Shown here: positions 1-7,732 of the stretch, piece by piece
Layout: the number at the start of each line of letters is the position of its first letter
Position numbering within the stretch: the stretch's first letter is position 1
IMG/VR virus record: IMGVR_UViG_3300046169_000098
Length of the DNA stretch: 64,000 nt
Source: an uncultured virus (IMG/VR IMGVR_UViG_3300046169_000098)
Taxonomy: Duplodnaviria; Heunggongvirae; Uroviricota; Caudoviricetes
Direction: 5' to 3' (one strand)
Position numbers and translations under genes: made by a program
The notes under the pieces: generated by a model
Told to the model about the DNA's origin: nothing
The model's input: only the letters and a program-made list of their open reading frames with translations
Database searches by the model: none

Positions 1-323
1 AATGCTATTGGAAATATAGTTGCTGGCATTGGTTCTGAATTAGATTCTGATTCTATCCCTAGTACCATCTTAACACCGAAATATAGGAGAAGCATCGCGC
101 CTGCCAATGCAAAGTGAAATGTTTCAATTCCCAAAAGTCTAAATAAAGTTTGCCCTACAAATAGAATTGAGACCATAATAACCGTGGCTATTATTGTAGA
201 TTTTAGAGATTCTATTTCACCATTTTCTTTACGTAGCTTAATAATCAAAGGTACGTTTCCTGGCATATCTATGACAGCGAACAGTGTTAAAAACACCGTT
301 AAGACGTTTAATAAGAATTCCAT
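1..323 (-). CDS. marC: MarC family integral membrane protein (3-prime truncated by window edge)
   Basis: Manual translation from ATG at 323: MEFLLNVLTVFLTLFAVIDMPGNVPLIIKLRKENG...HFALAGAMLLLYFGVKMVLG...ATIFPIA, the MarC pattern (LFAVIDxxG, FxxAG, PxA). Not in the ORF track. Confidence 0.8.
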   Translation of the reverse strand, partial: MEFLLNVLTVFLTLFAVIDMPGNVPLIIKLRKENGEIESLKSTIIATVIMVSILFVGQTLFRLLGIETFHFALAGAMLLLYFGVKMVLGIESESNSEPMPATIFPIA

Positions 324-542
324 AAGATTTTATGCTGTTTACACGTTTCTCCATCTACGTCTATTAGACCATTGAACTTTCTTAGTTCTGCCTAACATAG
401 ATAGTTTACTAACTTTCTGATTGAAAGCGTTTCTGTCTTGATTTAACTGCGTGTTACCGTTTGCTGTTGCTCGTTGATTCCATTGCTTAATTTATTTCTT
501 ACTTTCCATGGCTAAAATAACTATGGCTAGTATATATTACTC

Positions 543-929
543 TTATTTCTTAAATTTATCTTTTACCCTTTGACTAATAGGAATTGCCTCCCCTTGTTCA
601 TCTATTCTAACAAATTTAATATTTGTAGCAAGAATAATAGCTTGCCTTCCATCATACACATTATGTGATCTAGCCTCAACCTTTAATATTACTGAAGTTC
701 TACCTATGGTTTCTACTTCTCCGTAAATTTTAAGTAAATGTCCTTCTTTTGCAGGTTTCTTAAATACACACTCGTCAATAAGTACTGTTACCATTCTTGG
801 CGTATCACATACCTGTGATGCATAAGATGCGCCAGCTGCATCTACCCATGCCAAAAGTTTACCACCGAAAAGATTACCATGAAAACCCAAATCTGATTTT
901 TTAACCGGGTGTGTTGAAATTAATTCCAT
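543..929 (-). CDS. Acyl-CoA thioesterase (hotdog fold, YciA-like)
   Basis: DLGFHGNLFGGKLLAWVD, VTV, GRTS and FVRID motifs. Confidence 0.85.
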   Translation of the reverse strand: MELISTHPVKKSDLGFHGNLFGGKLLAWVDAAGASYASQVCDTPRMVTVLIDECVFKKPAKEGHLLKIYGEVETIGRTSVILKVEARSHNVYDGRQAIILATNIKFVRIDEQGEAIPISQRVKDKFKK

Positions 930-2068
930 TAAATAGTCTTTTTAAATTTATCTGATTCTATTTGTTTTATCTTTATTGCAACTTCTGGTCCTTTGATGCC
1001 GAACTCTTTCATTACATCCTTACCATTAGTAGTTGGTTTATATTTAAAGAACGCCTTCAGTGTTTTAATATCTAATTTGTGTATTTTTGCAAATTCGAGA
1101 ACTTCTTTCTTGTCCATGTTAGTGTTTTTAAATTGCTTATGTAAATTAAACACGTCATTTACATCGAACGCCATGATTCTCTTTAAGAAAATACATGCAT
1201 CAATCTCATCATTAGTAAATGTAAGTTTGTTCATTTCTTTTTTATGTTCATTGGCAATAAACAGTGTACCTAATTGAACAAGCCAAGTATTGGTGTCTAT
1301 GAATTTTTTATTGATCTCTAATGTAGGAAACATAACAGACCACAAGTTGAATTCAGAGACCATCTCTAAGTACTTCTTAGCGGACTTAGCAGAAACTATA
1401 GATTTTTTAAACTCATCTCTAATTCTCTCTGCACTAATACCTTCTAAACTATTATCTGTTAAAATGGCATTAGCAGTTTCTTCTTCTAAGTTTGATCCAG
1501 TTCTACCAGCAAATCTTAAAGCTCTTAGTTTTCTTAAGGGATCTTCAGCAAATCTGTCAGCTGCAACACCAACAGTTCTAATCTTTGAATTTTTTATATC
1601 ATCTAAACCACCTACTAAATCAACAACCTCTTGTCTACCCATGTCATAGAACAGTGCATTGATTGTTAAATCTCGTCTTAGTACATCTTTATCAATGGTA
1701 GAATACTCAACTGCATCTGGCCTTCTACCCTTTCCAATATCTTCTCTAAAAGTGGCAATCTCAACACCTGCTGGATCAGAAGGTACATTTACAATAACTA
1801 CGCCAAATTGGTGTCCAACTTCGCCTGTTGTTGAATAACCTCCTTTAGTAACAATATCAATAACTTCTGCAGGAAATGCGTCAGTAGCCAAATCAAAATC
1901 TTTTGGTTTTTTACCTAATAATGCATCTCGTACTGCACCGCCAACTACGTACAATTCTTTACCATTCTTTTTGAAAAGATTGTATAAGTCTAATATATCC
2001 GAAGGTACATTAACTTTAAGTTTGGTTTCAGCTTCTCTAAGAAGCATAAAGTTACTAAATTTTTGCAT
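929..2068 (-). CDS. cca: Class II tRNA nucleotidyltransferase (CCA-adding enzyme/poly(A) polymerase family)
   Basis: VGGAVRD..LG..PKDFDLAT, EIATFR, DVLRRDLTINALFY, EDPLRKLRALRF and ISAERIRDE motifs; adjacent to the tRNA cluster. Confidence 0.9.
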   Translation of the reverse strand: MQKFSNFMLLREAETKLKVNVPSDILDLYNLFKKNGKELYVVGGAVRDALLGKKPKDFDLATDAFPAEVIDIVTKGGYSTTGEVGHQFGVVIVNVPSDPAGVEIATFREDIGKGRRPDAVEYSTIDKDVLRRDLTINALFYDMGRQEVVDLVGGLDDIKNSKIRTVGVAADRFAEDPLRKLRALRFAGRTGSNLEEETANAILTDNSLEGISAERIRDEFKKSIVSAKSAKKYLEMVSEFNLWSVMFPTLEINKKFIDTNTWLVQLGTLFIANEHKKEMNKLTFTNDEIDACIFLKRIMAFDVNDVFNLHKQFKNTNMDKKEVLEFAKIHKLDIKTLKAFFKYKPTTNGKDVMKEFGIKGPEVAIKIKQIESDKFKKTI

Positions 2069-2163
2069 AACAATAGTTTATTTTACATACTATATATCAT
2101 TCTTACCAGGGCCCCAAACTTGTCTTTTGTTTGGGACCCCGTCTTTTGCGCTTGCATGGCATG

Positions 2164-2236
2164 TGATCCCTCAGGGGCTCGAACCCTGGACCCTCACATT
2201 AAAAGTGTGATGCTCTACCAACTGAGCTAAGAGATC
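2164..2236 (-). tRNA. tRNA-Lys(UUU), no encoded CCA
   Basis: GATCTCTTAGCTCAGTTGGTAGAGCATCACACTTTTAATGTGAGGGTCCAGGGTTCGAGCCCCTGAGGGATCA cloverleaf. Confidence 0.95.
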
Positions 2237-2261
2237 TTAATAAATCATAGTTGCCTTTGGG

Positions 2262-2335
2262 TAGGGATGGCGGGGTTCGAACCCACGACCTTGACTATAT
2301 AAGAGTCCTGCTCTAACCAACTGAGCTACATCCCC
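2262..2335 (-). tRNA. tRNA-Ile(UAU), no exact CCA
   Basis: GGGGATGTAGCTCAGTTGGTTAGAGCAGGACT-CT-TAT-AT-AGTCAAGGTCGTGGGTTCGAACCCCGCCATCCCTA. Confidence 0.9.
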
Positions 2336-2489
2336 ATGTTGAAAACACCTATAATCTATGTAGAGGTGCAAGACTCGATCTATGATCTATTTGTTTAGCA
2401 AGTCAAATAACTTTTAAAATCTTGGTTTGTTAGATTTGATAGTTATATTAAGCTGATTTGAAAGGTTTCAGTGAAATGGTGTTAAAATG

Positions 2490-2564
2490 TCGGGGTGGCA
2501 GGATTCGAACCTGCGGCCTCCACGTCCCAAACGTGGCGCGATAACCGGGCTACGCTACACCCCG
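2490..2564 (-). tRNA. tRNA-Pro(UGG), no encoded CCA
   Basis: CGGGGTGTAGCGTAGCCCGGTTATCGCGCCACG-TT-TGG-GA-CGTGG...GTTCGAATC. Confidence 0.95.
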
Positions 2565-2572
2565 AAAAATTG

Positions 2573-2645
2573 TTGTCCCTACAGGGGTCGAACCTATACT
2601 CTTCTGGACCAAAACCAGACGTGTTGCCAATTACACCAAGGGACA
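2573..2645 (-). tRNA. tRNA-Gln(UUG), no encoded CCA
   Basis: TGTCCCTTGGTGTAATTGGCAACACGTCTGG-TT-TTG-GT-CCAGA...GGGACAA. Confidence 0.93.
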
Positions 2646-2671
2646 TTGTTTACTTATATAAACTTGCTATA

Positions 2672-2743
2672 TACTCCGTAGGAGAATCGAACTCCTATTT
2701 TTAGGATGAAAACCTAATGTCCTAACCGTTAGACGAACGGAGC
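2672..2743 (-). tRNA. tRNA-Glu(UUC), no encoded CCA
   Basis: GCTCCGTTCGTCTAACGGTTAGGACATTAGG-TT-TTC-AT-CCTAA...ACGGAGTA. Confidence 0.93.
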
Positions 2744-2747
2744 AAAT

Positions 2748-2870
2748 TAGAGAGGCTTCGGGTCTTTCGGGGTTTCTGGTTAAGTGCAATGAGTAACGCC
2801 TGTCTACTATAAACCCTTTTTCGACAATTAATACACTCTACTTCTTAACTACAGCTTCACTACCTCTCTA
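2748..2870 (-). ncRNA. Putative ~120-nt structured RNA of unknown class in the tRNA cluster
   Basis: Terminal stem TAGAGAGG/CCTCTCTA, long irregular hairpin (GTTAAG/CTTAAC, GAGT/ACTC, TGTC/GACA), own promoter motif at 2893-2920. Confidence 0.55.
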
Positions 2871-2926
2871 AAGCTTGACTGACAGCCAATACTTATACAA
2901 TACAGTATAATACTGTTTCATTTGAT

Positions 2927-3385
2927 TTATTGGATAGAGTCTGTAAGGATAATAATTTCAGGTAGAACTAGAGGCTTAATTTCTATATGATCTTTTTCGC
3001 CATTAACCTTTCTTTGTGAATAACAATAGACCGGATGTCCATCGGAATCATAATAAAAATATTCTTTAGTTTTAGGGTCTAGAAACGCTCTATAGATTCC
3101 ATTGTTCTCATCTACATAGATCATTTGTCCATTTTCAGTATCAGATCTAAGTCCGATAGAGAATGTTTTCTTCTTATTAGTTCTGTCACTTTCATATTGA
3201 TCTATGTGAGTTTCTATTCTCTGCATAGATTTATGAATTTGCTCGTACTCATTAACTAATTTATTAAGGTCAGATGCATAGTCAACAATTGGGCTAATGT
3301 AACCAATTAATGTAACCAATGCACCAATAGCAGTAACTGTAAAAATAACGTTACCGAATTTATTTTTGAATTCTGTGAATGACAT
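2927..3385 (-). CDS. Hypothetical membrane-anchored protein
   Basis: N-terminal hydrophobic helix followed by a coiled-coil-like stretch; late-type motif at 3406-3413. Confidence 0.7.
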   Translation of the reverse strand: MSFTEFKNKFGNVIFTVTAIGALVTLIGYISPIVDYASDLNKLVNEYEQIHKSMQRIETHIDQYESDRTNKKKTFSIGLRSDTENGQMIYVDENNGIYRAFLDPKTKEYFYYDSDGHPVYCYSQRKVNGEKDHIEIKPLVLPEIIILTDSIQ

Positions 3386-3417
3386 TTAAGGACATATATT
3401 TATTTTATATATCCTGA

Positions 3418-3843
3418 TTATAGCACAATTTTAAGTCCTACGTTAAGATAGTTTAAATCTCTTCTAATTTGCAAAATTCTACTCGTAAGCCAGATAGATT
3501 TATATAACTTAATATCTCCACCATATTGTGCAACCATTAAGCCACTATTGTTATTTAATTTATACAGAGGTCCAGCAGATAATTTAATTCTATCGAGTGG
3601 TTGATATTGATAGCTCAAGAACACGTATGCAGAATTCATATGGCCTTCGCCCATCAGATGAGTTCCTAAAGAGATGTTGTTATAATCCATTGAAAACGCT
3701 AAGCCAGATGCGTGGAAACAACTAACCCAAGCTGCAGTAAAATCTACATCATCATTTACTTCCCACTTATCAACCTTATGATATGGTGAGCAATCTTGAG
3801 CCCACATCATTGTACTAAAAAGAAGTGCCACCAACAACCTCAT
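3418..3843 (-). CDS. Secreted, probable outer-membrane beta-barrel protein
   Basis: True start is MRLLVALLFSTMMWAQ at 3843 (the longer ORF runs through tRNAs); signal peptide, amphipathic beta strands, C-terminal YLNVGLKIVL. Confidence 0.6.
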   Translation of the reverse strand: MRLLVALLFSTMMWAQDCSPYHKVDKWEVNDDVDFTAAWVSCFHASGLAFSMDYNNISLGTHLMGEGHMNSAYVFLSYQYQPLDRIKLSAGPLYKLNNNSGLMVAQYGGDIKLYKSIWLTSRILQIRRDLNYLNVGLKIVL

Positions 3844-3862
3844 ACTCTCTCTCTTTCTTTTT

Positions 3863-3939
3863 TGGCGGTCTGGACGAGACTCGAACTCGCGACCCCTTGC
3901 GTGACAGGCAAGTATTCTAACCAACTGAACTACCAGACC
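3863..3939 (-). tRNA. tRNA-Asp(GUC) with CCA
   Basis: GGTCTGGTAGTTCAGTTGGTTAGAATACTTGC-CT-GTC-AC-GCAAG...CAGACCGCCA. Confidence 0.95.
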
Positions 3940-3941
3940 AA

Positions 3942-4029
3942 TGGCGGAGAGGGAGGGATTCGAACCCCCGGTACCTTGCAGTACGCTTGATTTCAAGTCA
4001 AGTGCATTCGACCACTCTGCCACCTCTCC
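3942..4029 (-). tRNA. tRNA-Ser(UGA) with CCA
   Basis: GGAGAGGTGGCAGAGTGGTCGAATGCACTTGA-CT-TGA-AA-TCAAG, long variable arm, ends CTCTCCGCCA. Confidence 0.95.
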
Positions 4030-4131
4030 GAGGTTTATATATTTAAATTACTCCACTTAGACTCCGTCTTTCGACTTGTAGGCGTGAGATTTGACGCCTC
4101 GTTGTTCGGCTTGTTAAACCTATCTAAGAGC

Positions 4132-4248
4132 TGGGGAGTAGGGGACTTCGAACCCCTACTTCTGCCAACAAGCCTAATCACACCTCGTAACTAGTATGAT
4201 GTTTTCGGCCTTATAGCTGGAGCGTCGTACCTATTTGACTAACTCCCC
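4132..4248 (-). ncRNA. tRNA-like RNA with a greatly extended anticodon arm
   Basis: Acceptor stem GGGGAGT/ACTCCCC+A, D arm GTC/GAC with GG loop, T arm AGGGG-TTCGAAGT-CCCCT; a ~60-nt hairpin replaces the anticodon arm. Confidence 0.7.
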
Positions 4249-4256
4249 ATATTTAG

Positions 4257-4330
4257 TGAACCAGACAGGATTCGAACCTGTGACCGTCTGCTTAGAAGGC
4301 AGATGCTCTATCCAGCTGAGCTACTGGTCC
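4257..4330 (-). tRNA. tRNA-Arg(UCU), no encoded CCA
   Basis: GGACCAGTAGCTCAGCTGGATAGAGCATCTGC-CT-TCT-AA-GCAGA... Confidence 0.95.
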
Positions 4331-4391
4331 ATATCGCAGGGTTCTATTTTAAAGTTATATAGTTCCAACATGTATTGTATAACTCCCTGCT

Positions 4392-4480
4392 TGGTACCGG
4401 AAGACGGGCTCGAACCGTCACGGGCATTACTGCCCAAGGGATTTTAAGTCCCTCGTGTCTACCAATTCCACCATTCCGGC
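4392..4480 (-). tRNA. tRNA-Leu(UAA) with CCA
   Basis: GCCGGAATGGTGGAATTGGTAGACACGAGGGA-CT-TAA-AA-TCCCT, long variable arm, ends TCCGGTACCA. Confidence 0.95.
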
Positions 4481-4584
4481 ATTGATTTCTATCTACATTT
4501 CAAATTCGCTCTTCATTCAATCTGCCGTTGCTGATTGCTATCTTTATACTTGCGCTATTTGCAAGGTTTCAATTGGTGGGATAT

Positions 4585-5197
4585 TTATTTTGTCATTGAT
4601 TCTTGAATCAAAATCTTACCCCTACGGATACGATTCTTAACAGTTTGAAGAGGCACACCATACTTTGATGCAATATCTTCGTATTTCATGTTGTTAAGTA
4701 GACGATCTTCGATAATATCTCGATACATTGGCTTTAGATCTTGAATTGCTTTTAGTGCCAATTCATAAGAATTCATAAGTGCTTCGTCTTCTTCAATAAA
4801 ATCTGCTTCGGTTTTACTCTCAATCTCAATAAGAAGATCATGAGCTGATGTATGAGAATAGTGTTCTGAGATTTCAATACCATATTCTTTCATTGCATCG
4901 ATGCTATACTTTACGATTACGTTGACGAATCCAACCAAGACATTCATTAAAGGCAATACGATAAAGCCATGTAGTGATTTGATATTTAGGATCATACTGA
5001 TCTATCTTGGTCCACATCTTCGTAAGAGTATTTGTCAAAATATCATCTGTAGCTTCATTATCTTTGACCACATTATGAATGTAGTTTTTCAAACCTGGCT
5101 TCACACGAACGTAAAGCGCATTATAATCTTTTTCTGATTTAGAATTGATGAAATTCTCTGATAGCTGACGGTAGCTTAACTCTTTTGATTTTGACAT
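4585..5197 (-). CDS. ECF-type sigma-70 factor (one frameshift near 4910)
   Basis: Region 2 (DDILTNTLTKMW...TTWLYRIAFNECL) in ORF 4904-5197; region 4 HTH (YEDIASKYGVPLQTVKNRIRRGK) in ORF 4585-4995; the two join if one A is removed. Confidence 0.85.
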
Positions 5198-5225
5198 ATG
5201 TTTTCTTTTTTTAATTATTACTAGG

Positions 5226-5277
5226 CTAATATACCAAATCTTTTTGACATAAAAAAATCTGGGCTGAATTATTTTTA
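5226..5277 (-). promoter_or_regulatory. Early-type promoter (AAAATAA..TTTTTTATGTC-N~12-GTATATTAG); other copies at 5528, 13394, 14781, 32606
   Basis: Five intergenic copies; TATATTAG resembles the Bacteroidota sigmaA -7 box TAnnTTTG. Confidence 0.65.
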
Positions 5278-5278
5278 A

Positions 5279-5503
5279 TTATCTTTCTAAAATTACCACT
5301 GATCCGAATTCACGATCAAAAACTTGAATTAAGTTTTCGTAATCACCACTGGTCATTTCATCAAGAATTGATTGTGTATTTTTCTTTGTCATATCTAATT
5401 GCTTACAAAAATCCTTTGCAACTCCAAGTAGATAAAATGCATTTCCTTGCGGTCCTGTTAAATCGATAATTATTTCTGATTTTGGTTGTTTTGATCTAAT
5501 CAT
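5279..5503 (-). CDS. Hypothetical phage protein
   Basis: 74-aa ORF directly behind an early promoter. Confidence 0.7.
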   Translation of the reverse strand: MIRSKQPKSEIIIDLTGPQGNAFYLLGVAKDFCKQLDMTKKNTQSILDEMTSGDYENLIQVFDREFGSVVILER

Positions 5504-5595
5504 ATCTTTTAGCTTTTAAATACAGTACTAATATACCACAAATAACCGACATAAAAAAATTAAATGACGGTTATTTTACTAAAAGTTACGAACAA

Positions 5596-6114
5596 TTAGA
5601 AATCTGAAAATATTTCTAATAATTTATTAAGGTCTTGTGGTTGGTTCTTCCATAAATCAGTAGAAACATTAATGATTCTTTCTTTTGGATCTGATTTAAA
5701 TTTCTTTTCAGGATAACCTATAATGTTATATGCTTTTTTACCTCTTTTATTAGGCCACGCTTTTAATGGCCAATATGTTAAACTAAGATTGAGTTCTGGT
5801 AGGGTAGTAAGACAATCAATCATCTGTACTCTATTTCTAAGCATTCCCTTTTCGTCTAAAACTTCTAAAGCTTTATCGTGATCACCCCTTGTAAAATAAA
5901 TTCTACCGTTAAGGCGCAATAGCGCATCTTGTGCAGTCTTTGGATCCCAAGCAAAATTACCTAAATGATATACGGTATCCTCTTGTTTTACGACTTCGTT
6001 CCACTTCAGAATAAGATCTTCTGTCATTTGATCAACGTTGTCGTAATTCCTATTATATTTTTTGATTGCACCAGGTCTTCCGAGCTGGAGATTGGATGTT
6101 ACAAATATTGCCAT
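5596..6114 (-). CDS. Calcineurin-like metallophosphoesterase fold, degenerate active site
   Basis: TSNLQLG, WNEVV..DTVYHLGNF and RGDHD correspond to DxH, GD and GNHD motifs with substitutions. Confidence 0.7.
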   Translation of the reverse strand: MAIFVTSNLQLGRPGAIKKYNRNYDNVDQMTEDLILKWNEVVKQEDTVYHLGNFAWDPKTAQDALLRLNGRIYFTRGDHDKALEVLDEKGMLRNRVQMIDCLTTLPELNLSLTYWPLKAWPNKRGKKAYNIIGYPEKKFKSDPKERIINVSTDLWKNQPQDLNKLLEIFSDF

Positions 6115-6650
6115 TAAGCTACTATAAATTTTATGTTATATTGATTCCACAGATTATCTATGAATTCGGTTTCATTTACACCCGTTTGGGCATTCTTAAT
6201 ACGACTATCATCACTAGTATCAACAAATAAGTAGAGTACAAAATCATAATGTGTTGCATAGACCATAGATTGTCCAATACCACTTCTTAATTCTGATCCT
6301 TTTTGACCTCTTTTAAATTCAATACCAATCTTTAAACCGTTAATCTCTAAGACCATGTCTGGTCTATTTTGAGTACCCATAAATAGAATGTGGTTTACTG
6401 TTGTATTAACATTACCTTCCCATTTAAGGTTTTTCTTAACGAAGTCTTTGGCAGAATCCTTATCCTTGCCCTGTGTTTCCATAACATATTCTGTTAAGGA
6501 ACTCACAAGGTGTGGATAAATGAATTGTATGATTTTGTCTTCGCTTTTGTTCTTGTAGTCAATTGTTCCGAAGATGTCTTCGTGAGTAATAGCTTCTGTG
6601 ACTAAGTCTAAGAAGTCTATTCTTTTCTGACTTTTACTAGCTTGTTTCAT
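6114..6650 (-). CDS. PD-(D/E)xK nuclease-like protein
   Basis: RPDMVLE...IGIEFK and GIGQSMVY motifs. Confidence 0.6.
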   Translation of the reverse strand: MKQASKSQKRIDFLDLVTEAITHEDIFGTIDYKNKSEDKIIQFIYPHLVSSLTEYVMETQGKDKDSAKDFVKKNLKWEGNVNTTVNHILFMGTQNRPDMVLEINGLKIGIEFKRGQKGSELRSGIGQSMVYATHYDFVLYLFVDTSDDSRIKNAQTGVNETEFIDNLWNQYNIKFIVA

Positions 6651-6661
6651 ACTTGCTGGTT

Positions 6662-7201
6662 TTATTTACCGGCGTTTGCTGTCTCTTTATTCTCTTCTAG
6701 TTCTGCATCAATTTGTTCAGTAACAATAGTAGCATCAAGTTCTGCTAGTTTTGTGTGCATTTCATTGATCTCAGTGTTAAGATCTGCAAGCTCACTCATA
6801 GCGATAGAAACAGTTTCACCGACGTGTGTTAACATTGTAATAAATCTTCTAGCGTTTTCAACACCAGTTCCTGTAACATTTAAAAGCGCTTGATATAGTG
6901 CGTTTAGCTCATGACCTCTAAGTTCAATTGTATACGTTTCTAATTCTTCATTAGCTTTAGTATATGCTTTATTTTGATTTTTAAGCTGGTCATAAAGCGT
7001 CACTAGAACCGCAGCATCCGCAGTTTTCCAAGTATAACCTTTGTTAAGGTGATCCATTACTGTTTTGATCATCTTTTGATCAGAGAAATTAATTTCAAAT
7101 TTACGTTCAGCTGAAGCAACTTGTAGTTTGTTTACTTCTTGCTCTAACTCAAATCTTTCTTGAATTAATTGCTCATTAGTTTTAGTTTGTTCTGTACTCA
7201 T
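6662..7201 (-). CDS. Hypothetical coiled-coil protein
   Basis: 179-aa ORF, heptad-rich termini. Confidence 0.7.
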   Translation of the reverse strand: MSTEQTKTNEQLIQERFELEQEVNKLQVASAERKFEINFSDQKMIKTVMDHLNKGYTWKTADAAVLVTLYDQLKNQNKAYTKANEELETYTIELRGHELNALYQALLNVTGTGVENARRFITMLTHVGETVSIAMSELADLNTEINEMHTKLAELDATIVTEQIDAELEENKETANAGK

Positions 7202-7238
7202 TTTTAAAATATTTAAGTGTATTTATTATTTATCCTAA

Positions 7239-7712
7239 TTAAAAATCAGCGTTAGAGATTCGGATGTCATAATCTCTAAAGCCTTTAAATTGTTGATCAT
7301 CAGTGTCCATTCTTCTTACAATAGAATCATTTAAGTCATTTCTAGATTCTAGTCTTTTTAATCTTTCTAATCTAGAAGGATCTAAATATATTACAATACA
7401 TTGACTTCTGTATTTTTTTGGTAACATATCTAAACCATCTTTAGACATAATCATAATGTCAGCACCGTCAAAATCTTCTTCTGTTTGACCATAATACCAT
7501 CCATTAAATTCCATATACTCTATAAACTTACCCTGATCAATCATAATCAGAAATTCATCTTTACTGACAAAATGATAATCTACACCATTTGTTTCGTTTT
7601 GTCTGGGTGGTCTAGTAGTATGACTAACTCCAGCTTTAAACCCTCTATCTGAGAGTTTATTCTTTAAAAAGTCTTTTCCAGCAGCTGCTTTGCCTACGAG
7701 TATTATTTTCAT
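7239..7712 (-). CDS. gmk: Guanylate kinase-like NMP kinase
   Basis: GKAAAGKD P-loop, SHTTRPPRQNETNGVDYHFV, YYG. Confidence 0.85.
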   Translation of the reverse strand: MKIILVGKAAAGKDFLKNKLSDRGFKAGVSHTTRPPRQNETNGVDYHFVSKDEFLIMIDQGKFIEYMEFNGWYYGQTEEDFDGADIMIMSKDGLDMLPKKYRSQCIVIYLDPSRLERLKRLESRNDLNDSIVRRMDTDDQQFKGFRDYDIRISNADF

Positions 7713-7732
7713 ATAACTTATACGTAATGTGT

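Noticed and set aside
338..509. Small minus-strand ORF MESKK*IKQWNQRATANG...RRRWRNV
   Set aside because: In-frame TAA after five codons; cannot tell a real gene with read errors from chance.
2145..2160. SAM-II riboswitch-like TGCAAGCGC segment
   Set aside because: The rest of the SAM-II pseudoknot is absent.
3844..4023. N-terminal extension of ORF 3418-4023 and other ORFs overlapping tRNAs (1971, 2487, 2495, 3796, 4235)
   Set aside because: These are translations of tRNA genes or their antisense strands.
4132..4248. tmRNA (3-prime end resembles GGGGTTCGA...CTCCCCA)
   Set aside because: Only 117 nt, has a paired D stem, lacks the G3-U70 alanine determinant and has no tag ORF.
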